Assembly (NCBI GenBank): GCA_024278835.1
Contig: JAJRSK010000021.1
Span: 5,306-69,305 of the forward strand
Reading direction: 5' to 3'
DNA length: 64,000 nt
Source of the DNA: Campylobacterales bacterium
GTDB taxonomy: Bacteria; Campylobacterota; Campylobacteria; Campylobacterales; QNZT01
Part shown: positions 41,868 through 51,518 of the stretch, in pieces
Numbering within the stretch: the first letter of the stretch is position 1
Layout of the letters: each line of letters opens with the position of its first letter
Made by a program: the position numbers and the translations under genes
Notes under the pieces: model-generated
Told to the model about the DNA's origin: nothing
The model's input: the letters and a program-made list of their open reading frames with translations, nothing else
Database searches by the model: none

Positions 41868-42530
41868 CTATGATTGTTTGTCTATAAGTTTTTGTACATT
41901 TTTTATCAAAATATTTTTATGGGCTAATTCCATAATCCCTTCACTTTCTAGATGATGTAGGTGGCGTTCAACAACATGTCGCACAGTACCTATAAGCTTA
42001 GCGATTTCACTATGGGAGAGACCATGTAGGAGGTTGTATTTTTGTGGGTTTTTAGAATCCAAGTTTTGTAAAAGTAGTTTAACCAATCTCTCTGCTGTCG
42101 TATGAAGAGAAATATCTGTTGCTAACTCTTCGATATGGCGCATCTGTGAGGCAAGATAAGGAAAAAATTTCTTATTGAAAGTTTCACTATTTTTAATCCA
42201 CGTTCGTACTTTTTCTATGGGAATTTTTAACAGTTGGATATCTTCCAAAGCTTCGTATATGACGTCATGGGGTTTGGCATCTAATAGGGTAATGGTATCA
42301 ATCATATCCCCAGATTTTAAGATGAAAATCGTCTGCTCTTTTGCATTGTTGAGATTAAGTTGATAGCTTTTTACTCTTCCGCTAATGACGATATAAAAAT
42401 AGTGCAACAATTCATTTCCACAAAAGAGTGGTTCTTTTTTCTTAAAAGTAACGAGCTTTGCACATTGATTTATCTCTTGTTTTAGTGGTTCATCTAAACC
42501 CTGAAAGAGATAAAGATTATAAGTATTCAT
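41868..42530 (-). CDS. Crp/Fnr-family transcriptional regulator
   Basis: cNMP-binding-like beta-roll followed by the C-terminal HTH SHSEIAKLIGTVRHVVERHL. No FNR-type N-terminal Cys cluster. Confidence 0.85.
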   Translation of the reverse strand: MNTYNLYLFQGLDEPLKQEINQCAKLVTFKKKEPLFCGNELLHYFYIVISGRVKSYQLNLNNAKEQTIFILKSGDMIDTITLLDAKPHDVIYEALEDIQLLKIPIEKVRTWIKNSETFNKKFFPYLASQMRHIEELATDISLHTTAERLVKLLLQNLDSKNPQKYNLLHGLSHSEIAKLIGTVRHVVERHLHHLESEGIMELAHKNILIKNVQKLIDKQS

Positions 42531-42637
42531 ATGCCAAAGCCTTTTTGGATAAGAGATGTATAATGTTACCCTATTAAATCTTCTAATTTGATATCTATTA
42601 CAATTACTTTGGCAAAAAAAGCTTTGGTTTAAAAAAC

Positions 42638-43483
42638 TTAGTGAACACTTACATAAATCAATACATCGCTTGAAAGACTTTTCAAAAGTGAAAACGAGAC
42701 AGAATCTGACAATATAGAATGTTCTACACTAGAACACAAAACAGTCAAATCAAAATTACCACTCTCAATATATCCTACTAAATCATCTTCAACACAAAGA
42801 GATTGTTCTATGAAGTCACCTCTTAGTCCACTCTCTTTTTTTAATGCCTCAAAGGCTAATTTTTGATTTTTTATCAATTCTTGATTGATTTGGGCATCTA
42901 TGATAGGTGCAGAAGTTGGCACACCTAAATAATCCACATCCATCAGCGATAAATCAACGATATAACGATAATCATGCAAAAGAAATAAATCATTTTTTTC
43001 AAATAATCTTTCAGCAAAGTCGATACAAGCTTCCGTAGTTTCTCCTAAATCAACTGGCAGCACCACATTTTCATAGGACTTAAAATCATTTTTAATAATC
43101 AAGACAGGCAGATGGCTCTTTTTTGCCAATTTTTCTGTGATGCTATCATGATAAGCTGTGACAATCAATATATCTTTTGTTTCTCTTGTTTGTGTTAACA
43201 CCCTATCAACCGTATCATCAATAAACACCAAAATAGCACTTTGCCTTGAACTATCAAGTGCAGTTAGCCGTTTTTGTATCTCTTTCTTGATTTTTTCTTT
43301 GTCCAATACCTCATCTTTTATACTATCCTCTGAACGAAAATAATCAGGCACATCAAATAGCGGCTCCTCATGTACATAGAGTATCTCTAAAACCGCTTTC
43401 TCTTTTGATGCTAACTCGAGGGCTCTTTCAAGCACAGTATCAGCCCCATTAAAATCATTTAAAACAGCAATTATTTTTTGCAT
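42638..43483 (-). CDS. Tandem-domain universal stress protein
   Basis: Two UspA-like halves. Clear paralog of 51659-52474 (shared LEVLYVHEEP(L/M)FDVP(D/E)YF, AILVFI(D/N)DTVDRVL). Confidence 0.7.
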   Translation of the reverse strand: MQKIIAVLNDFNGADTVLERALELASKEKAVLEILYVHEEPLFDVPDYFRSEDSIKDEVLDKEKIKKEIQKRLTALDSSRQSAILVFIDDTVDRVLTQTRETKDILIVTAYHDSITEKLAKKSHLPVLIIKNDFKSYENVVLPVDLGETTEACIDFAERLFEKNDLFLLHDYRYIVDLSLMDVDYLGVPTSAPIIDAQINQELIKNQKLAFEALKKESGLRGDFIEQSLCVEDDLVGYIESGNFDLTVLCSSVEHSILSDSVSFSLLKSLSSDVLIYVSVH

Positions 43484-44400
43484 TACACACTCCTTTTACT
43501 TTTAAGATAGTGAAACATGGATATCTCACCAAAAAATGGACCAAAAAGATTGAGCACCGGCACAAAGTTAAAAAGTGCTGTGATAAAACTGATGACCCAT
43601 GTTGCCAAGCTATGTTCTTTTAACTTTTCTCTATCTACATCTTCAAACAACATAGAAGCTGCGTCATATCTAAAGGTATCTTTTACCAACCAGACCCACA
43701 AGGCAATGAGCACCAAAAAGTTAACAACAGGAATGAAAATCAATGGAAAGATTAGCAATGAAACAAGAAGGTAAATGAAACTATCCCGTATCGTGTAGCC
43801 CATAGATTTAAAGGTGTGTACTTTCACAACTTGGTCATCTGGAAAATGTCTCTTTTCCACCCCTTCAAGAATAGGTTTACTAAATATACTCACGATAAAT
43901 ACCATGCTTACAACGATAGCACTATAAACGAGATAAAAACCGATAAAATAACCTATCCCTTTTTCTATGGTCTCAAAGGGAAGCCATGTTAAGAGTTTTA
44001 AAAATTCATGATAGATATAATCACTCTTAAAAAACCACACTACAGACCAAACAATAGCACTACCAAGTGCCACAAATACAGAAAAAGAGGTATACTTTTC
44101 TTTAGAAACAGTTCGCAAGATGAGATTCCCGAAAAATGCAAAGACTAAGGCAAAGGTCAACAAAACCAGTTGAAACCATAAAAATGCCGAAAGCATCCAT
44201 GCCCCATTTGACCGTACCATTGAAAAAGGCACAAGTTCCAGTATATAAGCACCAAATGAGACAATCTCACCCCAAAAAAGATAGGCGATAAAAGCCCACA
44301 ATCCACTTATGATAAGACCGCCGACTAGCGCATACTTCATCACATCCCAGCGAAGTATCTCTTTAAATCCAAAAATAACCGCATGCATAACATCTCTCAT
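43483..44400 (-). CDS. EI24/CysZ-like integral membrane protein
   Basis: Multi-TM protein with the C-terminal pattern (IPVVNFLV...W, NFVPVLNLFGPFFG) reminiscent of the CysZ/EI24 family. Confidence 0.5.
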   Translation of the reverse strand: MRDVMHAVIFGFKEILRWDVMKYALVGGLIISGLWAFIAYLFWGEIVSFGAYILELVPFSMVRSNGAWMLSAFLWFQLVLLTFALVFAFFGNLILRTVSKEKYTSFSVFVALGSAIVWSVVWFFKSDYIYHEFLKLLTWLPFETIEKGIGYFIGFYLVYSAIVVSMVFIVSIFSKPILEGVEKRHFPDDQVVKVHTFKSMGYTIRDSFIYLLVSLLIFPLIFIPVVNFLVLIALWVWLVKDTFRYDAASMLFEDVDREKLKEHSLATWVISFITALFNFVPVLNLFGPFFGEISMFHYLKSKRSV

Positions 44401-44454
44401 AATATCTCCCTTTAATCATATACAAAAATTATATCAAAGAGAGAGGATATCATT

Positions 44455-44470
44455 TGCTACTTAGGTGGCA
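44455..44470 (-). promoter_or_regulatory. Crp/Fnr-type box (minus read TGCCACCTAAGTAGCA) upstream of EI24-Usp
   Basis: 21 nt upstream of TATAAT (44433-44428). Identical in sequence to the box at 41831-41846. Confidence 0.65.
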
Positions 44471-44483
44471 TTTTTGTTAAGCT

Positions 44484-44678
44484 TTATAAAAAACCAAGTT
44501 CTTTTAAAATAGGTCGAATAGACATAGATATTTCAGCAAGCTTTTCAGGAATGATACGCATAGCATCATCTTCATGTCTCCACTCTTCTAGTCGCTGATA
44601 CATCAAGTTTTTCTCATCTTCAGAGATGGTTGATGACTTTTTTACAGCGTCTTTGATTTTTTCAATTTTTTTTTGCAT
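44484..44678 (-). CDS. Small helical hypothetical protein (64 aa)
   Basis: ORF directly downstream of the APC permease in the same orientation. No family recognised. Confidence 0.4.
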   Translation of the reverse strand: MQKKIEKIKDAVKKSSTISEDEKNLMYQRLEEWRHEDDAMRIIPEKLAEISMSIRPILKELGFL

Positions 44679-44688
44679 TATTTTTCCT

Positions 44689-46005
44689 TTAATTTTTAAT
44701 ATCTTTCGCAGTAGGCAATAGCCACTGTCTCGAAATAATTCTTTTTGTGATGAGCCTCAGTACTATTTCTAGTATAAATGCTAATACAAATCCTCCAGCG
44801 ATAAAATACCCCACATGTGGAATATGTTTAGAAGTATACATCAGCGCCAAAATAATAGCAATGACTATCGTCAATATAGCAAGTACGACGAACACTTTTG
44901 ATGCACCAGTTTTTTCAATCTTAAAAAGATGTCCTATATGGACAAGTGCGTGGATAAAAAGTATAGATATTGAACCGATGGCGGCGATTTCATCTAACTT
45001 AAAAAAGAGTACAAATAGGATGATAAAGAGTGTACTGATGATTAACCCCTCACTACTGTGCCAGACATTTCTCTCGTAGGCTGCAGGCAATTCACCGTTT
45101 TTTGCCATCTGATAAGTAACATTGGTGACTGCGTAAAGATTTGCATTGATAGAGGAAGCAGTTGAGATGAGTGCTGCTAGCGCCATGATGGTAAATCCCA
45201 CCTGACCAAACGCAGGTTTTGCTGCCTGGGCTAGTGCATAATCTTGTGCTTTGATGATTTCATCCAATGAAAGATTTCCAAAAACGGCAAAAGTCACAGC
45301 CACATAAAGCACCATTACGAAGCCAATGGAGATAAACATGGCTTTTAACATAGTCTCTGATGGATTAGCCATATCTTCTGCGGTGTTTGTGATAACACGA
45401 AACCCCTCATATGCAAAAAAAGTTAGTGCAATAGAAGAAAAAACATTCATCACAGGTGGGGCATCTTTGAGTGCTAAAAGTTCTGGTTTTATATAAAAGA
45501 AGACAGTTACCGTAAAGATGATGATGATTGAAAGTTTGATAATCACTATGATATTTTCACTTCTTGCAATGGATGAACTTCCTGATAGATTAATAAGCAC
45601 AAAAAAAAGAAGTATCAAAACACTATAGGTATTTGCCCAAAACAGAGAGTACGACCCCATCATCATAGAGGCGTACGTACCAAATGTTTTAGCCACCATC
45701 GCAATAGCCACCATCGCAGAAAGATAAAATAAAACTGACATAGAACCAGAAAAAATACCTTCCCCATAACCTTGTACTAAATACTCTACAATTCCACCAC
45801 GGCTAGGATAGGTTGAAGCTAATTTGGCAAGAGAATAGCCACTAAGAAGTGCGATAATACCTCCTAACAAAAAAGATATCCATACTAAATTACCAGCAAT
45901 CGCCCCAGCTTCTCCAAGCAGTACAAAGATGCCTGCCCCAACCATAGAACCAATACCTAAAAAGACAGCACTCCAGAGCCCAAAAGCTTTTTGATTTTTT
46001 TGCAT
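44689..46005 (-). CDS. APC-superfamily amino acid permease
   Basis: GIGSMVGAGIFVLLGEA motif and 12-TM profile. The ATG at 46005 lies 1 nt after the HdeD-like stop. Confidence 0.8.
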   Translation of the reverse strand: MQKNQKAFGLWSAVFLGIGSMVGAGIFVLLGEAGAIAGNLVWISFLLGGIIALLSGYSLAKLASTYPSRGGIVEYLVQGYGEGIFSGSMSVLFYLSAMVAIAMVAKTFGTYASMMMGSYSLFWANTYSVLILLFFVLINLSGSSSIARSENIIVIIKLSIIIIFTVTVFFYIKPELLALKDAPPVMNVFSSIALTFFAYEGFRVITNTAEDMANPSETMLKAMFISIGFVMVLYVAVTFAVFGNLSLDEIIKAQDYALAQAAKPAFGQVGFTIMALAALISTASSINANLYAVTNVTYQMAKNGELPAAYERNVWHSSEGLIISTLFIILFVLFFKLDEIAAIGSISILFIHALVHIGHLFKIEKTGASKVFVVLAILTIVIAIILALMYTSKHIPHVGYFIAGGFVLAFILEIVLRLITKRIISRQWLLPTAKDIKN

Positions 46006-46006
46006 A

Positions 46007-46551
46007 TTATTTAGCCATTTTTGACCACATTGAGCCACCTATCAAGAGTGCTATCCCGTCAAAAAAGAGGCTTATGCCCACAAAAAGTCCGACAAGGTAC
46101 ATAGAACTAAATGGCCAATTTATCAAAAAGAGAACACCAAGACCAAAGGAGAGAAGGGCATTAATCACCCACATAATCCATCCTCTATCTGGATACATTG
46201 TCGAAGCCAGTCCAAATCCTGCAAAAGCATCCATAAAGAAATAGATAGCCAACAAGAGTCCTATCGTACCCACACCACTTAGAGGATAAAACAACATGAA
46301 AGTGCCACCCCAACTAGAATAAAACTTTTAAGCCACCCTAACCAGTCACTTTTATCTGTGATATAGGTAAAATACCCAGCCATCACACCTGCAAAAATCA
46401 TAAGATAGGTGACAAAAACTTCCGTCGCCAATGTCATATAGATAGGATAAATAATCCCTATCAACCCTAGTATGATAAATATTACACCCGAAATTTTGGC
46501 ATATTTTCCGAACTTTTCAAAAATCTCTTCACCCTTTGGATAACTCCACAT
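46007..46551 (-). pseudogene. HdeD/DUF308-like membrane protein split by a frameshift
   Basis: Two overlapping ORFs (46279-46551 and 46007-46297) together reconstitute one DUF308-repeat protein. The frames switch within 46279-46297. Confidence 0.6.
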
Positions 46552-46606
46552 AGTAAATCTCCTAAATTTTATTTGTGAAATTGTAACAAAGAGTGAAAAT
46601 ATATTT

Positions 46607-46622
46607 TGCAACTTAAGTGGCA
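46607..46622 (-). promoter_or_regulatory. Crp/Fnr-type box (minus read TGCCACTTAAGTTGCA) upstream of HdeD-like/APC
   Basis: 21 nt upstream of TACAAT (46585-46580). An RBS TAGGAG precedes the ATG at 46551. Confidence 0.6.
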
Positions 46623-46702
46623 TAATGATTGAACCCTCTGAAAAACTTCTCATCCGAACAACCTCTGCAATGGAAGGGTCAAAATTTTGTAGGAATTTTA
46701 AG

Positions 46703-48004
46703 TTAAATACTTAAACGATTCATCCTTGCATAACCCCAAGCACCGAGTCCAAGAATAGTGTAGAGTATCATGATAAAAAGTAACTGTTCACGATCGCTTT
46801 GATACTCATAATACAAAATCAAAACGGTTCCCACCAAGAGTCCTAGCATGGAGAATATAGTAATCCATGTTGAAGAGTTAGTTCTTTTTCTGATTTTGAA
46901 ATTAGCAACAGCCATTAAAAATGAGACGAGTAAAAAGGTGATACTTCCAAATTCCAGAATCAACTGTAATCCGCCCATGGCTATCAACAAAGAAGCGATA
47001 GCCGCCATGGCAGTGATGGCTGTTTTGGGAATGCCACCTTTTCTTTGAGATAAGATTGGTGGTAGGTAACCATCATCTGCGATAGCCGCCATCTGTCTTG
47101 AAGCACCAAATAGCGTACCGTTTATCGCACTACTAGTAGCAAGAATCGCACCAAATATGACAAGATTTCTACCTAAATCTCCCATGATGTCTTCTGCACC
47201 AGCGGCTAAGGCATACTCTTTATTTTTGATTAAGTCCTCTGCTGGGATGGCTAAAACCGCACTTAAAGCAATGATAAAATAAATCATAGCCACTAAAACA
47301 ATCGCTGAATATATAGCTCTAGGGATATTGATATCAGGATTTTCCATCTCATTAACTGCGTTGATGACAAGTTGAAAACCTTCATAGGCAACAAAGGTGA
47401 CGGAAGAGACAATCAGGATACTCATTAGTGGCGTAGCGTGAAAATCTTTTTGCATGATAGTCGAAAAAGTCGTGAAATCTGTTTTGGCATAGTAGATAAG
47501 TGCCATAGAAATGATAAATAAAATGACTAGCTTAGCGTATACCATGATATCTTCGATTTTTCCCATGCCCTTAACACTCCAAAGGTTGATAAAGGCAAAA
47601 AGCCAGATGATAATGATGGCGATGACTTTTCGAAGCACTTCACTATCTGCAAATGCAAATCCACTAATGCCATAAGAAGAGAATGTATAGGCATAGAGAG
47701 AAAGGGTGCTGATATAACCAAAGATGGTAAACCAGCCGATGAATGAAGCAGCCATATGTGAGGAGGGATAGGTGCGTTTATAAAAGGCATAAGTCGCCCC
47801 TTCATCCTTGTAGTAGACGCCTAGCTTTACATAGGAATAAGCAGCAAACCAAGCAACAACTCCACCCAAAGCAATGGCAAATGGTGCAAGTCCTCCCACC
47901 ATAGAGACTGATATCCCCAATACTGTAAATATCCCGCCACCTACCATACCGCCAATAGCAATAGCGATGAGTTCTTTTAATCCGAGGTTTTTTTTATTTT
48001 GCAT
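46703..48004 (-). CDS. APC-superfamily amino acid permease
   Basis: GGMVGGGIFTVLG motif and 12-TM profile. Confidence 0.8.
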   Translation of the reverse strand: MQNKKNLGLKELIAIAIGGMVGGGIFTVLGISVSMVGGLAPFAIALGGVVAWFAAYSYVKLGVYYKDEGATYAFYKRTYPSSHMAASFIGWFTIFGYISTLSLYAYTFSSYGISGFAFADSEVLRKVIAIIIIWLFAFINLWSVKGMGKIEDIMVYAKLVILFIISMALIYYAKTDFTTFSTIMQKDFHATPLMSILIVSSVTFVAYEGFQLVINAVNEMENPDINIPRAIYSAIVLVAMIYFIIALSAVLAIPAEDLIKNKEYALAAGAEDIMGDLGRNLVIFGAILATSSAINGTLFGASRQMAAIADDGYLPPILSQRKGGIPKTAITAMAAIASLLIAMGGLQLILEFGSITFLLVSFLMAVANFKIRKRTNSSTWITIFSMLGLLVGTVLILYYEYQSDREQLLFIMILYTILGLGAWGYARMNRLSI

Positions 48005-48039
48005 AAGTTCCCTTTAGGATATTTTATCTAATAATCATT

Positions 48040-49281
48040 TTAGGTCTGTTTTATATTTTTAAGTTGCAAACTAAGATATAAACTCAAAAGCAAAAGTCCA
48101 ATGGTCAGTAGATAGATAAAAGTATAGCTTTGTACAAGGGTTAGTATGAGACCTCCCAAGATAGGAAAAAAGAGTCCTAAGGAAGTAATATTGACTTGTA
48201 ATGCTGCATATACTGGACGTTTTTCTTCTGGTGCTATCTCTATGACTAAGTTCATATCACTTATCTTAAATCCGTCAAATGCTATACCAAAAAGTAAAAA
48301 GATAAGAGCATAGGTATAAACATTATGGGCAAAAAGTGCGATGACAAAAGCCGAAATCATAAAAAGTAGACTTAGTGTTAGCATCAATTCATAGTTGTGA
48401 ATTCTTCTCCATAACAAAGTACTGCCTATGATGCTTCCTATCATTTGAATGGTGATAAATCCACCAAGCATCCATCCTGTAAGTGTAAAGGATTCATTGG
48501 CGTTTAGGATGACAAAAGGCATGGCTAAAAAGTAGCTATATCCTAATAATATGACGATGATTTGTTGTTTAAGTCGCTTGTCACTTTTTAGTAGTTTTAT
48601 GGAATTTTTGACAAATAGCGTAAAGCTTTTTTCTTTTTTAGAGACATTAGTTTTGATAGGCTCCTCAATAGTCACAAATGTTGCAAATCCTATCGCCATA
48701 AGTAAACTACTGATGATAAAAAGATAAGCATAATTATCGGGTGCTTCAAAAATACTCAGTACATATCCTGCGATGCCTCCACTGATGATAGATGCGATAG
48801 ACCCAGCGATTTGTCTGTTTGCCATGGTTCTTCCACGATATTTTTTAGTAAAAAGTTTTGCTTGAAGTTCTTTAAAATAGATAGCACCAAATCCCGCGGT
48901 AAAGGAGAAGAAAAAGAGTCCCAAACCTATAAAAAAAAGCGTTAAAGTTTTGTTTTCATCTCCCAAATATAAAATACTCACACCAATGAGTAACCAACTA
49001 AGAAATCGAAAGAAAAATACCTTTTTAAAATAAGGAATAACCCGTTGATATCCTTGTGCGTAAAAAGCAGCATAGAGTTGTACCACAACAGCCCCACCGC
49101 GGAGTAAGGAAGCAAATATACCAACGATGATGACACTATCACTAAAGTGATGCACCATCAGAGGTAGTATGGTTGAAGGCTCTGCTACCGTGATGGCAAG
49201 AGAGAGAAAAAATGCGTGAATAACATTCTTTGTGTTATTTTTTGGATTGTCTACTTTATACATTATAGTGTTTTTATCCAA
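48040..49281 (-). CDS. MFS transporter
   Basis: 12-TM profile with a central loop. The start overlaps the end of the cytochrome gene. Confidence 0.7.
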   Translation of the reverse strand: MDKNTIMYKVDNPKNNTKNVIHAFFLSLAITVAEPSTILPLMVHHFSDSVIIVGIFASLLRGGAVVVQLYAAFYAQGYQRVIPYFKKVFFFRFLSWLLIGVSILYLGDENKTLTLFFIGLGLFFFSFTAGFGAIYFKELQAKLFTKKYRGRTMANRQIAGSIASIISGGIAGYVLSIFEAPDNYAYLFIISSLLMAIGFATFVTIEEPIKTNVSKKEKSFTLFVKNSIKLLKSDKRLKQQIIVILLGYSYFLAMPFVILNANESFTLTGWMLGGFITIQMIGSIIGSTLLWRRIHNYELMLTLSLLFMISAFVIALFAHNVYTYALIFLLFGIAFDGFKISDMNLVIEIAPEEKRPVYAALQVNITSLGLFFPILGGLILTLVQSYTFIYLLTIGLLLLSLYLSLQLKNIKQT

Positions 49282-49955
49282 GCAATTAGTGTTTCAATAT
49301 CTGCATCATTTATTTTTTTAAAAGGTGGCATCATTGCTTTTTCAAACTCTTTCCAAGTCCCTTTACTACCTTCTTTAATTACCTTTTTTATCTCATTATC
49401 TTCTTTTTGTGCGATAGCTCTAAAGGATGGACCTGTTTTTGGTTTAACCTTATCATGACAGTTAAAACAACCATTGGCAGTTGCTAGCTGTTCTCCCTTT
49501 GGCAAGGCATCAAATTTTGCTTTTTTTTGCATCTGTTTTAAGAATTTATTTTGATCATAATAGTCATATACATAGGTAGCAATGGCGGCTAACTCAGCTT
49601 CTGTCACCTTTCCCTTTTGAGATGGCATCAAGCCATAGCTTTTGAGACTCTCTTCATCACAAAAAGATTTTTCTTTGGATGGATGGAGTACAAAGTCTTG
49701 AAAAAAGGCGATAAATTTTGGTTTTTTATCACTAGGTGTTTTGACCTTCATAAAATCTTTGACATGAAAGGCCACTGCCATCATCGGTGGCGCTTTTTCG
49801 TCTTCATAAGTTTTTGGTGGCATGGCAAGGTTGTGGCAAGAGGCACACTTTTTTTGCACTAAGTTTGCACCGTTATATTTTACCTTCGGTTGTGATGAAC
49901 AGGCACTTAGCCCTAAGAGCACTATGCATGATACGATGGGTGTTAAATATTTCAT
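49263..49955 (-). CDS. Di-haem c-type cytochrome lipoprotein
   Basis: Lipobox LGLSAC and two CxxCH motifs (CASCH, CFNCH). Confidence 0.75.
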   Translation of the reverse strand: MKYLTPIVSCIVLLGLSACSSQPKVKYNGANLVQKKCASCHNLAMPPKTYEDEKAPPMMAVAFHVKDFMKVKTPSDKKPKFIAFFQDFVLHPSKEKSFCDEESLKSYGLMPSQKGKVTEAELAAIATYVYDYYDQNKFLKQMQKKAKFDALPKGEQLATANGCFNCHDKVKPKTGPSFRAIAQKEDNEIKKVIKEGSKGTWKEFEKAMMPPFKKINDADIETLIAWIKTL

Positions 49956-49966
49956 TTAGATACTCC

Positions 49967-50311
49967 TTAAAATAGGTTTTTGACCTTATCCATTAATCCT
50001 GCTTTTTTTTCTTTGGCTTCTTCCTCTTCTTTGTAACAACCCTCTGGAAGACTATTTTCTGGTGTGCCATCTACATTTATCACTTCTAATTCAGGGTGAA
50101 TTAACACTCTTAACTCTTTTTGTACTACCATTTTGGTAGTCATCAAGCTCATAGAACAACCACCACAAGCACCTGTCAATGTGATGTATACTTTACTATC
50201 TTTTACACCTAGTAAATTGATTCCTCCACCATGTGATTTTACATATTCGCTGGTTTTGGGTAAGTTGTGTTTAACGGCTCCGTAAATCTCTTCATCTGAA
50301 AATGGCATCAT
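49967..50311 (-). CDS. NifU-like (C-terminal Nfu-type) Fe-S cluster scaffold domain protein
   Basis: HGGGINLLGV...LTGACGGCSMS block typical of the Nfu/NifU C-terminal domain. Confidence 0.75.
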   Translation of the reverse strand: MMPFSDEEIYGAVKHNLPKTSEYVKSHGGGINLLGVKDSKVYITLTGACGGCSMSLMTTKMVVQKELRVLIHPELEVINVDGTPENSLPEGCYKEEEEAKEKKAGLMDKVKNLF

Positions 50312-50817
50312 ATTTTTTTCCTTTTATTTTGTATAAATCTGTTGTCAGACTTTTTTTTGCTGACTTCTTCTAAGCTGGCTTTCATCCAACCTGATTTGAC
50401 TTCTCCATCTACTTTGTCAAAGTTTTCGATGTAGGGTTTGATATCTAAAAGAGGGGTACCATCGAGTATATCTACCCCTTTGATCGTAACGATATTTTCT
50501 TCTACTTTGACAAGTTCTACAACTGAAAGACCGATGCTGTTTGGATGCATCGGTGTTCTTGTCGAAAAGACACCTCTTGGCGTGTTCGTCATATCATTGA
50601 AAGGTATGACACTAAGTTTTGGCTCTTTTACCTCATGAAAATGGTAGATAAGGTAAACATGAGAAAAACCATCTAAGTCTTTCAACCCTTCTTGAAACTC
50701 TTCTGCAAATTCAATCGTGGCATATGTTTCTTGTGCCCCTTTTGGCTGTACAGGCATGTTGACTAACTCACAAAAGGGAGAGCAAATAGTTGCAATGGGT
50801 GTTAATGTAATATGCAC
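50308..50817 (-). CDS. trmO: TsaA/TrmO-family SAM-dependent methyltransferase
   Basis: RTPMHPNSIGLSVVELV...GVDILDGTPLLDIKPY block. Confidence 0.75.
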   Translation of the reverse strand: MHITLTPIATICSPFCELVNMPVQPKGAQETYATIEFAEEFQEGLKDLDGFSHVYLIYHFHEVKEPKLSVIPFNDMTNTPRGVFSTRTPMHPNSIGLSVVELVKVEENIVTIKGVDILDGTPLLDIKPYIENFDKVDGEVKSGWMKASLEEVSKKKSDNRFIQNKRKKI

Positions 50818-50821
50818 TTTT

Positions 50822-51196
50822 TTACCTATTATGATGTTCTCTTTGATGATTTTTAACTATGTCACTAGCATTGGTGTCATCGACGATGGTTAATGTTTCT
50901 GCTTCATATTTTTCTATCAAAGTATCTAATTGGATTCTCTCATCACCGGCATAAAAAATGGTGATTCTTCCATCTTCTGTTATCATCTGATAAGGTGGCG
51001 CACTGATGTTTTGGATGATAAGAGAGTTCACACCATGTTGTAACAACCAGGCTACGACATTTGAACCACCCTCTGCTTCATTTTTTTCAATGCTTACTTT
51101 GCCATTTTCTACAAAAGCAAACCACTTGGCTTTGCCAAAAAGTGGTGCTACTGCTGGATTTTCTTTGTTTGTTTTTACTGGTATTGCTATTTTCAT
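50822..51196 (-). CDS. NifB/NifX-family (dinitrogenase Fe-Mo cofactor-binding fold) protein
   Basis: MKIAIPV...FGKAKWFAFV... pattern of the NifX/NifB-associated family. Confidence 0.65.
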   Translation of the reverse strand: MKIAIPVKTNKENPAVAPLFGKAKWFAFVENGKVSIEKNEAEGGSNVVAWLLQHGVNSLIIQNISAPPYQMITEDGRITIFYAGDERIQLDTLIEKYEAETLTIVDDTNASDIVKNHQREHHNR

Positions 51197-51210
51197 TTTT
51201 TCTCCCTATT

Positions 51211-51498
51211 TTATTGTAGTTTTGTTATCGAAATCGCCTTGTTATGAAGCAAAGCATCCGAAATCTTTTTGTGTGCACTCTCAATCAATCTTGAAAAAGT
51301 GGTTCGTGATATCCCCATACGATCTGCACACTCTTGTTGATACAATCCTTCAAAGTCACTCAGTCTTATCGCTTCCATCTCATCCACGCCCAAAATCATT
51401 TTCTCCAATGAAGTTCTGCGTACCCCACATGGTTTAAAGCAGACCTTGGAATGATCTTTTTCGATGTTCCGAGTGAGTTTTTTTCTTCCTGATTGCAT
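51211..51498 (-). CDS. DUF134 (UPF0251) predicted DNA-binding protein
   Basis: FKPCGV ... EAIRLSDFEGLYQQECADRMGISRTTFSRLIESAHKKISDAL. The ATG at 51498 lies 7 nt after AAGGAG. Confidence 0.75.
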   Translation of the reverse strand: MQSGRKKLTRNIEKDHSKVCFKPCGVRRTSLEKMILGVDEMEAIRLSDFEGLYQQECADRMGISRTTFSRLIESAHKKISDALLHNKAISITKLQ

Positions 51499-51518
51499 CA
51501 ACTTACTCCTTGAGTTAT

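Noticed and set aside
46552-46653. N-terminal extensions of track ORFs (46552-46653, 34480-34572, 34524-34556, 27862-27906, 59962-60006, 12114-12167, 53069-53095)
   Set aside because: The extensions run through recognisable -10 elements, boxes or RBSs. An internal ATG with a good RBS gives the expected protein N-terminus.
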